Both the position numbers and the translations under genes were made by a program. A stretch of DNA of 64,000 nucleotides from an uncultured delta proteobacterium (GTDB taxonomy: Bacteria; Desulfobacterota; Binatia; Binatales; Binataceae), in assembly GCA_963724765.1 (NCBI GenBank), contig CAVRVY010000001.1:1120001-1184000 (forward strand), in the 5' to 3' direction. Positions 1 to 7,771 of this stretch are shown one piece after another; within the stretch, counting starts at the first letter, position 1; every line of letters starts with the position of its first letter. Under the pieces are notes generated by a model. It made no database searches. It was not told where the DNA came from and was given only the letters and a program-made list of their open reading frames with translations.

Positions 1-1500
1 GTCTCCTTCCGCATCTCGACCGAACTCATCAGCTTCGCGGTCGAGCGTGTGCCCAACTGGAATCCGATCAACTGCTGTGGCTACCACTACATGGAGAGCG
101 GGGCCGGCCCGGCCGAGGAAATCGGCTACACGTTCGGCAACGCGCTGATGATTCTCGACGCGCTGCGCCCGCGTCTGGCGCGCGAGGCTTTCGAGCAGAC
201 CGTGCGGCGCATCTCGTTCTTTATCAATAGCGGCATCGAGTTGGTGCCCGAGATAAGCAAGGTGCGCGCCTACTTCAAGCTGTGGCGCGAGCTGTGCCGC
301 GACGAATATGGCATCGACGACGTCGCTTTTCGCGCCGGATGCCAGGTGCGTTCGCTGACCCTCACCGAGCGTCAGCCCGAACTCAACATCATCCGCATCG
401 CCTACGAGGCGCTGCCGGTGGTGATCTCGGCCGCCGCGCGCGTCAACGCCCTGCAGCTCCCGGGCTTTCGCGAGGCGATGGCGCTGCCAGACCAGGCCGA
501 GCAGGCGCTCAGCCTGCGCACGCAGCAAATCCTGATGCACGAGACCGGGCTGGCCGAGTGGGGGGACATCTTCGAGGGCAGCAAGGTGATCGAGAAACTG
601 ACCGGCGAAATTGCCGACCGTGCGCGCGCGATCGCACTCTCGCTGCGCGCCTCGGGCTACTCGCGTGCGATCGCTGTCGTCGGCGGTGAACTGACGCGTC
701 TGCTCGCTGAACGCCAGCGCAAACTCGCAAACGGCGAACTGGTGCAGATTGGAGTCAATGCGTTTCTCGACGAGATTGGCCTCACCGGCCCCGGCTTCGT
801 CACCGACGACGCGGCGGAACACGCGGCGGCCGAGCGCGAACGGATCGAGTCGCTCATCCGATGGCGCCGCGAGCGCGACGCCCATAGCGATGGCGCGGTC
901 GCCCATGCGTTAGAAGCGCTGGAGCGCGCGGCCGCGAGCGGCGGCGGCGTGATGGAGCCGACGATCGATCTCGCGCGCGCCGGCGGCACGGTCGGCGAGT
1001 GGACCGCGGCTATCGAGCGCGCGACCAATGGCCGCTATACGCCGCCGGTGCTGGATCGCACGATGGCGCTGGCGCCGCTTGACGTCCCCCGCGCCCCACG
1101 CCGTATCCGCATCGCATTGGGCAAGGCCGGACTGGACGGCCATATCAACGCGGTCAAGCTGCTCGCGCATGCCTGCATGCAGGCCGGGATGGAGGTGATC
1201 CTAGCGGGCTTCAAACAGACGCCGGCCCAGATGGTCGAGACCGCGCTGCAGGAGGACGCCGAGGTGCTGGCGATAAGCTCGCTCGCCGGAGCTCACCTGG
1301 CGATCGCCCGCGAGACGGTCGCGCTGCTCAAGGAACGCGGCGCGGACGACGTGAGGCTGGTGATGGGCGGGATAATTCCCAATCGCGACCGCCAGGCGCT
1401 GCTCGAGATGGGTGTGCGCGCCGTGTTCACGCCCAAAGATTCAGACCTCGGCGAGATCGTGCGGCGGATTATCGAAGTATGCGACGGGGCGGCGGCTTGA
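1..1500 (+). CDS. B12-dependent acyl-CoA mutase, ethylmalonyl-CoA mutase (Ecm/MeaA)-like, with fused C-terminal cobalamin-binding domain; 5' end lies outside the window
   Basis: Frame is open from position 1. WNPINCCGYH, RISFFINSG, FRAGCQVRSLTLTERQPELN and LSLRTQQIL resemble Ecm/MeaA blocks. The C-terminal GKAGLDGH...SSL.G...GG region is a B12-binding Rossmann domain. Confidence 0.85.
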   Translation, partial: VSFRISTELISFAVERVPNWNPINCCGYHYMESGAGPAEEIGYTFGNALMILDALRPRLAREAFEQTVRRISFFINSGIELVPEISKVRAYFKLWRELCRDEYGIDDVAFRAGCQVRSLTLTERQPELNIIRIAYEALPVVISAAARVNALQLPGFREAMALPDQAEQALSLRTQQILMHETGLAEWGDIFEGSKVIEKLTGEIADRARAIALSLRASGYSRAIAVVGGELTRLLAERQRKLANGELVQIGVNAFLDEIGLTGPGFVTDDAAEHAAAERERIESLIRWRRERDAHSDGAVAHALEALERAAASGGGVMEPTIDLARAGGTVGEWTAAIERATNGRYTPPVLDRTMALAPLDVPRAPRRIRIALGKAGLDGHINAVKLLAHACMQAGMEVILAGFKQTPAQMVETALQEDAEVLAISSLAGAHLAIARETVALLKERGADDVRLVMGGIIPNRDRQALLEMGVRAVFTPKDSDLGEIVRRIIEVCDGAAA

Positions 1501-1602
1501 TGCTGCACAAGGAAGGACGGCGAAGCGGTAGGCGCAGGTCTCCGGTGGTCGAAGCGCCGACATCGGAGGCGCGGGGCGAGGGTTGGTAAAAGAGAGGATG
1601 AG

Positions 1603-2073
1603 ATGAAGCTCAAAAGTTTATTGCTCGTTGTGAGCTGCGGAATCGCTTTCGCCGTTGCGGGCGCGCCGTGGGCGAATGCAGCCGAGGCGCGGCCGTGGCT
1701 TTGCCGCTCCAAGCCGGTTTTTTCGTCGGATTCCGCGATGACCTACCAGGTGGTCAATCACGGCGCCTCGCGATGGAACTTGCTATTGATGCAATTCGAG
1801 ATGGGCAGCGCACACGATGGCTATGAGATCGTGGCTTCGCAGGAATTGCCCGCGGACGCGGGACAGGCCAGCGGCACGCTCGCGCCCGGCCGCTACTTCG
1901 CGGTCGCGATGTATCGGAGTGGGGGAGGGCGCTGGATTTGCCCTGGCTACGCCGAGGACAAGGACCGTCCCGCCGGCGCAGTCAGCCGGATCTGTTACGA
2001 CGAAGATTCACCGGGATGCCCGGTGACGCTGACTGTCCGTTCCGCCGTTCCCGCGAGCGGAGCTTCACACTGA
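1603..2073 (+). CDS. hypothetical secreted protein
   Basis: GAGGA RBS, N-terminal signal peptide ending ANA-A, several Cys in the mature part, followed by a hairpin. Confidence 0.75.
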   Translation: MKLKSLLLVVSCGIAFAVAGAPWANAAEARPWLCRSKPVFSSDSAMTYQVVNHGASRWNLLLMQFEMGSAHDGYEIVASQELPADAGQASGTLAPGRYFAVAMYRSGGGRWICPGYAEDKDRPAGAVSRICYDEDSPGCPVTLTVRSAVPASGASH

Positions 2074-2081
2074 TCGCGAAA

Positions 2082-2130
2082 GCAAACGGCCGCCGCCAGA
2101 GCTCGTGAGCCCTCGACGGCGGCCGTTTGC
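2082..2130. terminator. hairpin between convergent genes, probable bidirectional terminator
   Basis: GCAAACGGCCGCCG (2082-2095) pairs perfectly with CGGCGGCCGTTTGC (2117-2130). Confidence 0.7.
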
Positions 2131-2166
2131 GTGGTATGCGCGCAACCGCTGTTGCGCCGCTATCGC

Positions 2167-2757
2167 CTAGTCAGTAGGTGCGTTGCTGCCGCGCGCGCTA
2201 TCGAGGTGCCCGTCCATCGACGCGGCGTCGATCGTCGAGGTCGCGCCCGTGCCGGCGGTCATTCCGGTGACGATGCAGTGGTACTGGCCCGCGTCGAGGT
2301 CATCGACCAGCAGCTTGTGCAGCAGCGAGCGATTACACTGCAACGTGGTGGTCGCCGGGATGCAGTAAGCGCCGGTGCTGGTCGGGGCGAAGCTAAGGCT
2401 GACCGCGAATTCGCCCGCGCCCGAGCCGAAGCTTCCCGAAGGCGGCGTGATCGTTCCGTTGACCGTCCCGTTGCAGACCTCCCCGGCCGGCACCGTGGGG
2501 TCAACCGCGTTGAAGGTCTCGGCGCCGCTCAGATTTCCTTTGGCGTCCGCGATCACCTGACCGATCGCGTCGATGCTCAGCCGGACCGGCGTGGTCGAGC
2601 TCTCAGGGGTCACCAACTCGTAGCCGTTGAGGCGGAGATTGAGGTTTCCTGACGGCACTGGCAGGTCCGCCGCGGCGGCGAATTGTCCGAGTCCCATCCC
2701 CATCGCTACCACTATAGCCGTCCCCGCCATGATCCTGATTTGACTCTTGAAGTTCAT
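2167..2757 (-). CDS. hypothetical secreted protein (beta-rich, 4 Cys)
   Basis: GAGAGG RBS, signal peptide ending AAAA-D, T/G/S-rich mature region. Confidence 0.75.
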   Translation of the reverse strand: MNFKSQIRIMAGTAIVVAMGMGLGQFAAAADLPVPSGNLNLRLNGYELVTPESSTTPVRLSIDAIGQVIADAKGNLSGAETFNAVDPTVPAGEVCNGTVNGTITPPSGSFGSGAGEFAVSLSFAPTSTGAYCIPATTTLQCNRSLLHKLLVDDLDAGQYHCIVTGMTAGTGATSTIDAASMDGHLDSARGSNAPTD

Positions 2758-2813
2758 GCTACCTCTCTAAGACCTGTTGTTGCATACACTATTCCGTTAT
2801 TGACTATTAGCTA

Positions 2814-3131
2814 TTAATGAGTCTGATCGTATCTGTCCTCGTGATTCATGTAGCGGTACGGATGCGACTTCCAGTCGGCGCGTGCGATCGGATGCGTCGC
2901 GAGGTATTCGTGCAGCCCCGGATGATTAGCCATATACCTGGCGTTATCGACCAGGCCGGGATGCTGCTGGAGCTGCTGTGCGACCTCGGGATGCCGGTCG
3001 AGATAGTGATCCGTGGTGGCCAGCGGATGTGGGCCGCGCCAGTCCTGCGCCATGGCCGCGGTGCCTAGCGCTCCGGAGAAAACCACGACGGCGAGAGCGG
3101 TCAAGGTCTTTTTGAGTTGATGCCTCTTCAT
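2814..3131 (-). CDS. small secreted His-Pro repeat protein
   Basis: GGAGGAAGGG RBS, signal peptide ending AMA-Q, repeats YLDRHP/LQQHP/YMANHP/YLATHP/WKSHP. Confidence 0.8.
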   Translation of the reverse strand: MKRHQLKKTLTALAVVVFSGALGTAAMAQDWRGPHPLATTDHYLDRHPEVAQQLQQHPGLVDNARYMANHPGLHEYLATHPIARADWKSHPYRYMNHEDRYDQTH

Positions 3132-3232
3132 TTCCCTTCCTCCTTTCTCCCTTGCGGGCGCGGCGATACCGTGGCCGCGTTTGTGGTCTGTGTTTTCCCC
3201 GTCAAAAATGCGGCGGCTATGTGCGGCGTGTC

Positions 3233-3508
3233 CTAGTGGCGCACGGCGTACAGCAGAAAGCCTGTGCCTTGCGCCAGGTGGCCAACGCTCGAGACGACGT
3301 CGGCACTGGTACGCCAGGCCTGGTTGCTCTGGTTGGAGAGATGGTCCTCGAGCTGCATCTTCTGTTGCGCGCTCAGTTGATCGTAGGACTGGTTGTAGTA
3401 GCTCGGCGCGTATTGCTGGGCCGCGCCTTGCGGGTCATACGCAGTGCATCCGGCGAGCTTGCACGCGCGTTTGCGATTGCCCTGGATACCCTGATCCTTC
3501 ATCGGCAT
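3233..3508 (-). CDS. hypothetical small protein (LAGC lipobox-like motif)
   Basis: AGGAGG RBS immediately upstream. First gene downstream of the minus-strand ECF-type promoter. Confidence 0.65.
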   Translation of the reverse strand: MPMKDQGIQGNRKRACKLAGCTAYDPQGAAQQYAPSYYNQSYDQLSAQQKMQLEDHLSNQSNQAWRTSADVVSSVGHLAQGTGFLLYAVRH

Positions 3509-3537
3509 CCTCCTGTCTTCCCACGTTCAACCGCTTG

Positions 3538-3565
3538 GACGATCACGGGGCGGGTTTCGTTTACA
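3538..3565 (-). promoter_or_regulatory. ECF sigma-type promoter TGTAAAC-N17-CGTC, leftward
   Basis: Minus strand has TGTAAAC at 3565-3559, a 17-nt spacer and CGTC at 3541-3538. This fits the general ECF AAC-N17-CGT architecture. Confidence 0.7.
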
Positions 3566-3599
3566 TCGGGGATGCGTCTCGCCCGATTATTGAACATCG

Positions 3600-3627
3600 T
3601 GTAAACGGACAGCCCCGTGCTTTCGTC
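3600..3627 (+). promoter_or_regulatory. ECF sigma-type promoter TGTAAAC-N17-CGTC, rightward (probably autoregulatory)
   Basis: TGTAAAC at 3600-3606, 17-nt spacer, CGTC at 3624-3627, upstream of the ECF sigma gene. Confidence 0.7.
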
Positions 3628-3750
3628 AAAAGCGTCGGGAAAGGTAGCATCGGTCCGACGGTCAGCAGTGGGGGGGATTCCGCCGCCGGGCTGCGGGTTC
3701 GGACGGCGGCGTCTCGCTGGCCGAATTCGCGATGGGATGGAACGGTTGCG

Positions 3751-4317
3751 GTGGAGCCTTCCGATGAGGAGTTGTGCAGGCGGGTTGCCGAACGCGATGC
3801 GCAGGCTTTCGACTTACTGGTCGAGCGGCATCAGGCGCGCGCTTATCGGCTCGCCTGCTCCATCGTGGGCAACGAGGCCGACGCGCGCGACGTGTCGCAG
3901 GAAGCGTTCATCCGGCTCTATGAATCGGCCAATCGTTTCGACGGGCGATCGCGCTTCTCGACCTGGTTCCACCGCATCCTGGTCAACCTCTGCATCGACC
4001 ATCGCAGGCGCAATCGATGGTGGCGCAGGATCGTTCCGCTATCGGCGCCGGGTGGCGAGAGCGACGAGCCGGCTATCGATTTGCCGTCGGCCGAGCCGGG
4101 GCCGGAGTTGGACGCGATTCGCAATCAATCGATCGGCAAGCTGCGCGGCCTGCTGGACAATCTGTCACCCAAGCAGCGCGCGGCCGTATTGTTGCAGGTG
4201 CAGGAGGGTCTGAGCAGCCGGGAAATTGCGGCGGTGCTCGAATGCTCGGAGAATACGGCCAGGGTTCACGTGCATCGCGGGATAACGGAGCTGCGAAAGG
4301 CGCTCAAACGGGAATAG
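3751..4317 (+). CDS. RNA polymerase ECF sigma-70 factor
   Basis: Region 2 DARDVSQEAFIR...FSTWFHRILVNLCID and region 4 LSPKQRAAV...GLSSREIAAVL...TARVHVHRG. The GTG start at 3751 is estimated. Confidence 0.93.
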   Translation: MEPSDEELCRRVAERDAQAFDLLVERHQARAYRLACSIVGNEADARDVSQEAFIRLYESANRFDGRSRFSTWFHRILVNLCIDHRRRNRWWRRIVPLSAPGGESDEPAIDLPSAEPGPELDAIRNQSIGKLRGLLDNLSPKQRAAVLLQVQEGLSSREIAAVLECSENTARVHVHRGITELRKALKRE

Positions 4318-4362
4318 TCGGGAATATGATCGAGGGCAGGGCCAAAGGCCGAGAGTAGAGGC

Positions 4363-4920
4363 ATGATTACGAGGCATCCCGATACGACGCTCGTTCCATA
4401 CCTGCTCGGCGAGCTGAGCGGCGAGGAAGGCGCGCGCGTTGCGCATCACCTGGAAGGCTGTGCGTCGTGCCGCGAGACAGCCGATTCGGCCACGGCCGCG
4501 ATGCGCGAGCTGGCGCGTCGCGTCGAAGACCTGCCTGCGCCCGACCCTGCGATCTACCGCGCCGAGCTGTATCGCAAGCTCAACGTCCGCGCCGAGCGTG
4601 CCGCGCGTAGAGATGCCGAGGCTCATTGGCTGCGGCCCCGGACCGTCGGGCTGTCGCTCGCCGCGCTCGGAGCGGCGGTCGCCGCGCTTATCCTGATCTT
4701 CGTGATGCGCCAGGGCGCGCGCGTCGCGCCGCCGCCGATAGATCAGCTCGCGACGCAGGAAGACACGATGCGGGAGGCCGCGATGACCGGTGCGGATGTC
4801 GGCCTGTTGCGCGATTACCCGATGGTCGAGCATCTCGACCTGCTCGAGAATTACGACGTGATTGCGCACCTCGACGAAGTCTCGCCGTCGGCGCCGGCCA
4901 ACGATGAGAACCGGTCGTAG
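4363..4920 (+). CDS. zinc-finger (zf-HC2/ZAS) membrane anti-sigma factor
   Basis: HLEGCASC (HxxxCxxC) motif, one TM helix, located directly after the sigma gene. Confidence 0.88.
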   Translation: MITRHPDTTLVPYLLGELSGEEGARVAHHLEGCASCRETADSATAAMRELARRVEDLPAPDPAIYRAELYRKLNVRAERAARRDAEAHWLRPRTVGLSLAALGAAVAALILIFVMRQGARVAPPPIDQLATQEDTMREAAMTGADVGLLRDYPMVEHLDLLENYDVIAHLDEVSPSAPANDENRS

Positions 4921-5260
4921 CCTGGCCGTGATCGTGCTCGCGGCGGCCGCGCTCGTGATGGGAAGTAACAGGATCGGGGCGCAGGAGCAGCCGCCGCCGG
5001 ATTTGCGGATGTTACTGAATCTCGATCTATTCAGGCCACACCCGCCGGACGCCAACAGCGGCGGGGCCGGGGAGTCGTCGAACAACTCGATGCTCGATCA
5101 GATCCGCACGCTCAAGGCGATGGGCTATCTGCGGGGGAACTCGCAGGGTTCGGACGATGCTCATGAGCCGGACGATGCGGGCGACAGCGCGTCGCCCGTC
5201 AGTGGCGCTCGGGCGACGACCCCAAACATGCCGCCCAAAGACTCCGAGGGACAGCCATGA
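4904..5260 (+). CDS. hypothetical exported protein in the ECF operon
   Basis: Overlaps the anti-sigma stop, has a signal peptide-like N-terminus, and has an ATGA overlap with the next gene. Confidence 0.7.
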   Translation: MRTGRSLAVIVLAAAALVMGSNRIGAQEQPPPDLRMLLNLDLFRPHPPDANSGGAGESSNNSMLDQIRTLKAMGYLRGNSQGSDDAHEPDDAGDSASPVSGARATTPNMPPKDSEGQP

Positions 5261-5844
5261 CCCGCCGCACGCCAGGGCTTTCGATCGTGCTGGCGGCGGC
5301 AATCGCGCTGGGCGCGCTCGCGCGGCCGGCGCGCGCGCAGTCACCCGGGCAGGAACCGCCGATGGCGGCGGATCAGCCGCAGAACGCCGCCGAGCGTGCG
5401 CTCGCCACGCAGCATCCCGACGCCTGGGCGAGGCTGACGCCGGAGCAACGGGCGCGTGTGCTCCAGAATTACCGGCAGTGGCAGAAGATGACTCCCGCGG
5501 AGCAGGGCGCGGCGCGGCAAAACTTCCAGCAGTTTCGCAGTCTCCCGCCCGAGGAGCGCCAACAGGTGCTGCAAGGGCTGCATCGATGGCGCCAGCTTCC
5601 GCCAGAGCGCCGCGAGCAATTGCGCCAGGCCTACGCGCACTATAGGCAGCTTCCGCCTGAGCAACGGCAAAAGGTCTTCCAGCGCTATCAGCAGTTCCAG
5701 CGGCTTCCTCCGGCCCAGCGTCAGCACATGCTTGAGAACTATCATCGCTGGCAACAGATGACGCCCGAGCAGCGCAAGGCCGCGCGCGTCCGCTGGCGTC
5801 AGTTTTACCCCAAGCACGCGCCCCCGCTAACGAAAATTCCGTGA
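5257..5844 (+). CDS. DUF3106-like helical repeat periplasmic protein
   Basis: Signal peptide followed by about seven 18-aa repeats of W/F/Y-x-x-L/M-P/T-P-E/A-Q/E-R/Q. Confidence 0.8.
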   Translation: MTRRTPGLSIVLAAAIALGALARPARAQSPGQEPPMAADQPQNAAERALATQHPDAWARLTPEQRARVLQNYRQWQKMTPAEQGAARQNFQQFRSLPPEERQQVLQGLHRWRQLPPERREQLRQAYAHYRQLPPEQRQKVFQRYQQFQRLPPAQRQHMLENYHRWQQMTPEQRKAARVRWRQFYPKHAPPLTKIP

Positions 5845-5924
5845 CGACGCGATCCGCGAGGGGCGCCGGCCGGAAGCAACCGCGCCGTCCGCATTAAGGA
5901 CATTAAACAGATGAGGGAAGAGTT

Positions 5925-6000
5925 TGGAGGCGGCGAGCGGATTCGAACCGCTGAATGGAGGTTTTGCAGACCTCTCCCTTAGCCACTTGGGTACGCCGCC
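5925..6000 (-). tRNA. tRNA-Cys (GCA)
   Basis: Minus strand reads GGCGGCGTACCCAAGTGGCTAAGGGAGAGGTCTGCAAAACCTCCATTCAGCGGTTCGAATCCGCTCGCCGCCTCCA, with acceptor stem, GCA anticodon, TTCGAA T-loop, U73 and encoded CCA. Confidence 0.97.
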
Positions 6001-6098
6001 CCTGTGCGTAAGACTCTAGCGGAGCGGGAAAGTTAGCACACCACGCGCGGCCCCCGCAATTTGCGCCGGCCGCGCGCCCGGCTCCTACGGCCGTGTGG

Positions 6099-6127
6099 TT
6101 GACACTAAACGATGATTCTGCGGCAAT
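6099..6127 (+). promoter_or_regulatory. possible sigma70 promoter of the ferritin-like gene
   Basis: TTGACA-N17-GGCAAT, a perfect -35 with a weak -10. Confidence 0.35.
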
Positions 6128-6178
6128 GGGTTCGACGCGGCCGCGCGCCGCGAGCAACGCTCAGCAGGGAGGCAGGTA

Positions 6179-7291
6179 ATGCCTACTGTTCCGATCAAGG
6201 ACGAACATCGCGTCGGCACCGAGGCCCGCTCCAAGGTCGAGCCGTCGGCCTATCTCCAGAAGCTGTTCCAGAGCGGCACACCAGATCTGAGTTGGATGAA
6301 AGAGACCGGAGAGTGGGGCGTGCGCGCCAAGCCGTCAGGCCTGGGGCTGCGGCTCAAGGACGTCGAGATCGGCAGCTATGGCGTGGTGCCGGAGCGCGGC
6401 GGCGAGCATCGATCGATGGCGCCGCGCGGCAGCGTGGTCCCGGACAACGTGCCGTCGCTCGGCTTCACCATCAACAACAAGGACGAGTGCTGGGCCGACA
6501 ACGTGTCGGAGCTTTACGAGGAGGCGGTGGCGCGCCAATGGAGCTCCGCGCGCGACATCCCGTGGGAGGAGCTCAAGCCACTGCCCGACGATCTCGAACG
6601 CGCGATGTGCCAGCTCTGTACTTTTCTCACGGAGGTCGAGTTCATCGCCGCTGACGCGCCGACGCGCTGGATGAGCCGCATCAACCAGGACTTTTTCGAG
6701 GTCAAGATGTTCCTCGCCACCCAGGCGATGGACGAGGCGCGCCACATGGACGTTTTCCGCAAGCGCGCGCTCGCCAACGGCGGCGGGTTGGGCAAGGCCA
6801 GCCCCTACAGCGAGCTCGGGCTGAAGAAGATTTTCGACGCGCCGAGTTTCTCGGCGCAGACCGGCAGGCTGCATCTGCTGGGCGAGGGCTTCGTGCTGAC
6901 GATCTTTCGCCAGGGCGAGTTCATCGCGCCGAGCCGGGTCGATCAGGAAATCTTCCGCCGCTGCATGCAGGACGAGTCGCGCCACGTCGGCTACGGCACG
7001 ATGCATCTGCGCGCGCAGCTCAAGTCGCGTCCCGAACTGGCCGACGAGATCCACACCGAGCTCGACGACGCCGAGCGCATCCTGCTCGAGATCTTCAGCG
7101 AACCCGAGTCGGTCGAGCCGATGGCGGTGCTGATGGGCGGCGGACTCGAGCACTTCGACAAGGGGATGGAGATGCAGTCGCAACTGTGGCGGCGGATCGT
7201 CGGCGAATACCTTCAGCGCTGCGACTCGGCCGGCCTCGACCGGCGCCCGCGCTGCCTCTTGCCGACCGAGTTTGCCAAGCTCTTCTCCTGA
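6179..7291 (+). CDS. ferritin-like diiron-carboxylate protein
   Basis: Two E-x(29-31)-ExxH units (TEVEF...DEARH and GEGF...DESRH). GGAGG RBS. Confidence 0.85.
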   Translation: MPTVPIKDEHRVGTEARSKVEPSAYLQKLFQSGTPDLSWMKETGEWGVRAKPSGLGLRLKDVEIGSYGVVPERGGEHRSMAPRGSVVPDNVPSLGFTINNKDECWADNVSELYEEAVARQWSSARDIPWEELKPLPDDLERAMCQLCTFLTEVEFIAADAPTRWMSRINQDFFEVKMFLATQAMDEARHMDVFRKRALANGGGLGKASPYSELGLKKIFDAPSFSAQTGRLHLLGEGFVLTIFRQGEFIAPSRVDQEIFRRCMQDESRHVGYGTMHLRAQLKSRPELADEIHTELDDAERILLEIFSEPESVEPMAVLMGGGLEHFDKGMEMQSQLWRRIVGEYLQRCDSAGLDRRPRCLLPTEFAKLFS

Positions 7292-7743
7292 TGGCGCCGC
7301 GCTTTCCCGATCCGCATTGGTTTCTTGCCTTGGGCGGCCTGATGGCGGCCCGGAGCGAGCTTTTTCAGCGCATCGGCTACGTCGAGAGCCGCTTCGTCGT
7401 GCGCGTGCTGCCCGATGAAGATGGTGGCGGCGAGGAGCAGAACACCGGCGTCGCGATGTCAGGCTACGCGCTTACCGACGCGGCGGCGCTTGCTCCCGGC
7501 GAGACGGCGTCATTCGATCCGGACTTCGCAATCTGTGCGCGGCGCGCGGTGTGGCGGCGGATGCTGGATGAGATCGCGCGCAATGGCCGCCCCGAGTTGA
7601 GACACACGCTCAACTCGCTCGCACTCATCGGCGACGAGCTTTGGCTGGAGTCCGCCGACCAGTTGCGCGAAGACAAGTTCTACCGCTTCAATCAGAGCCT
7701 GCAGGAACTCTTCAATCTCGCCGCGCAATTGCCCGCCGGCTGA
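7291..7743 (+). CDS. hypothetical protein, possibly SCP2/sterol-binding-like fold
   Basis: TGATG coupling to the upstream gene. FPDPHWF N-terminus and DFAICARRAVW are reminiscent of SCP2-like proteins. Confidence 0.6.
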   Translation: MAPRFPDPHWFLALGGLMAARSELFQRIGYVESRFVVRVLPDEDGGGEEQNTGVAMSGYALTDAAALAPGETASFDPDFAICARRAVWRRMLDEIARNGRPELRHTLNSLALIGDELWLESADQLREDKFYRFNQSLQELFNLAAQLPAG

Positions 7744-7771
7744 TTTTCTCAAACGGCCTTTCAGCCGATCG

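Noticed and set aside
3181-3750. Long N-terminal extension of the ECF sigma (378-aa ORF call)
   Set aside because: It overlaps an opposite-strand gene and the twin promoters. Sigma homology starts near 3751.
5420-5790. Periodic DNA resembling a CRISPR or tandem array
   Set aside because: It is the 54-nt coding periodicity of the DUF3106 helical repeats. There are no identical repeats with unique spacers and no cas genes.
1500-6000. Genomic island integrated at the tRNA-Cys 3' end
   Set aside because: No integrase or transposase, and I saw no duplicated tRNA 3' end (att site) in the window.
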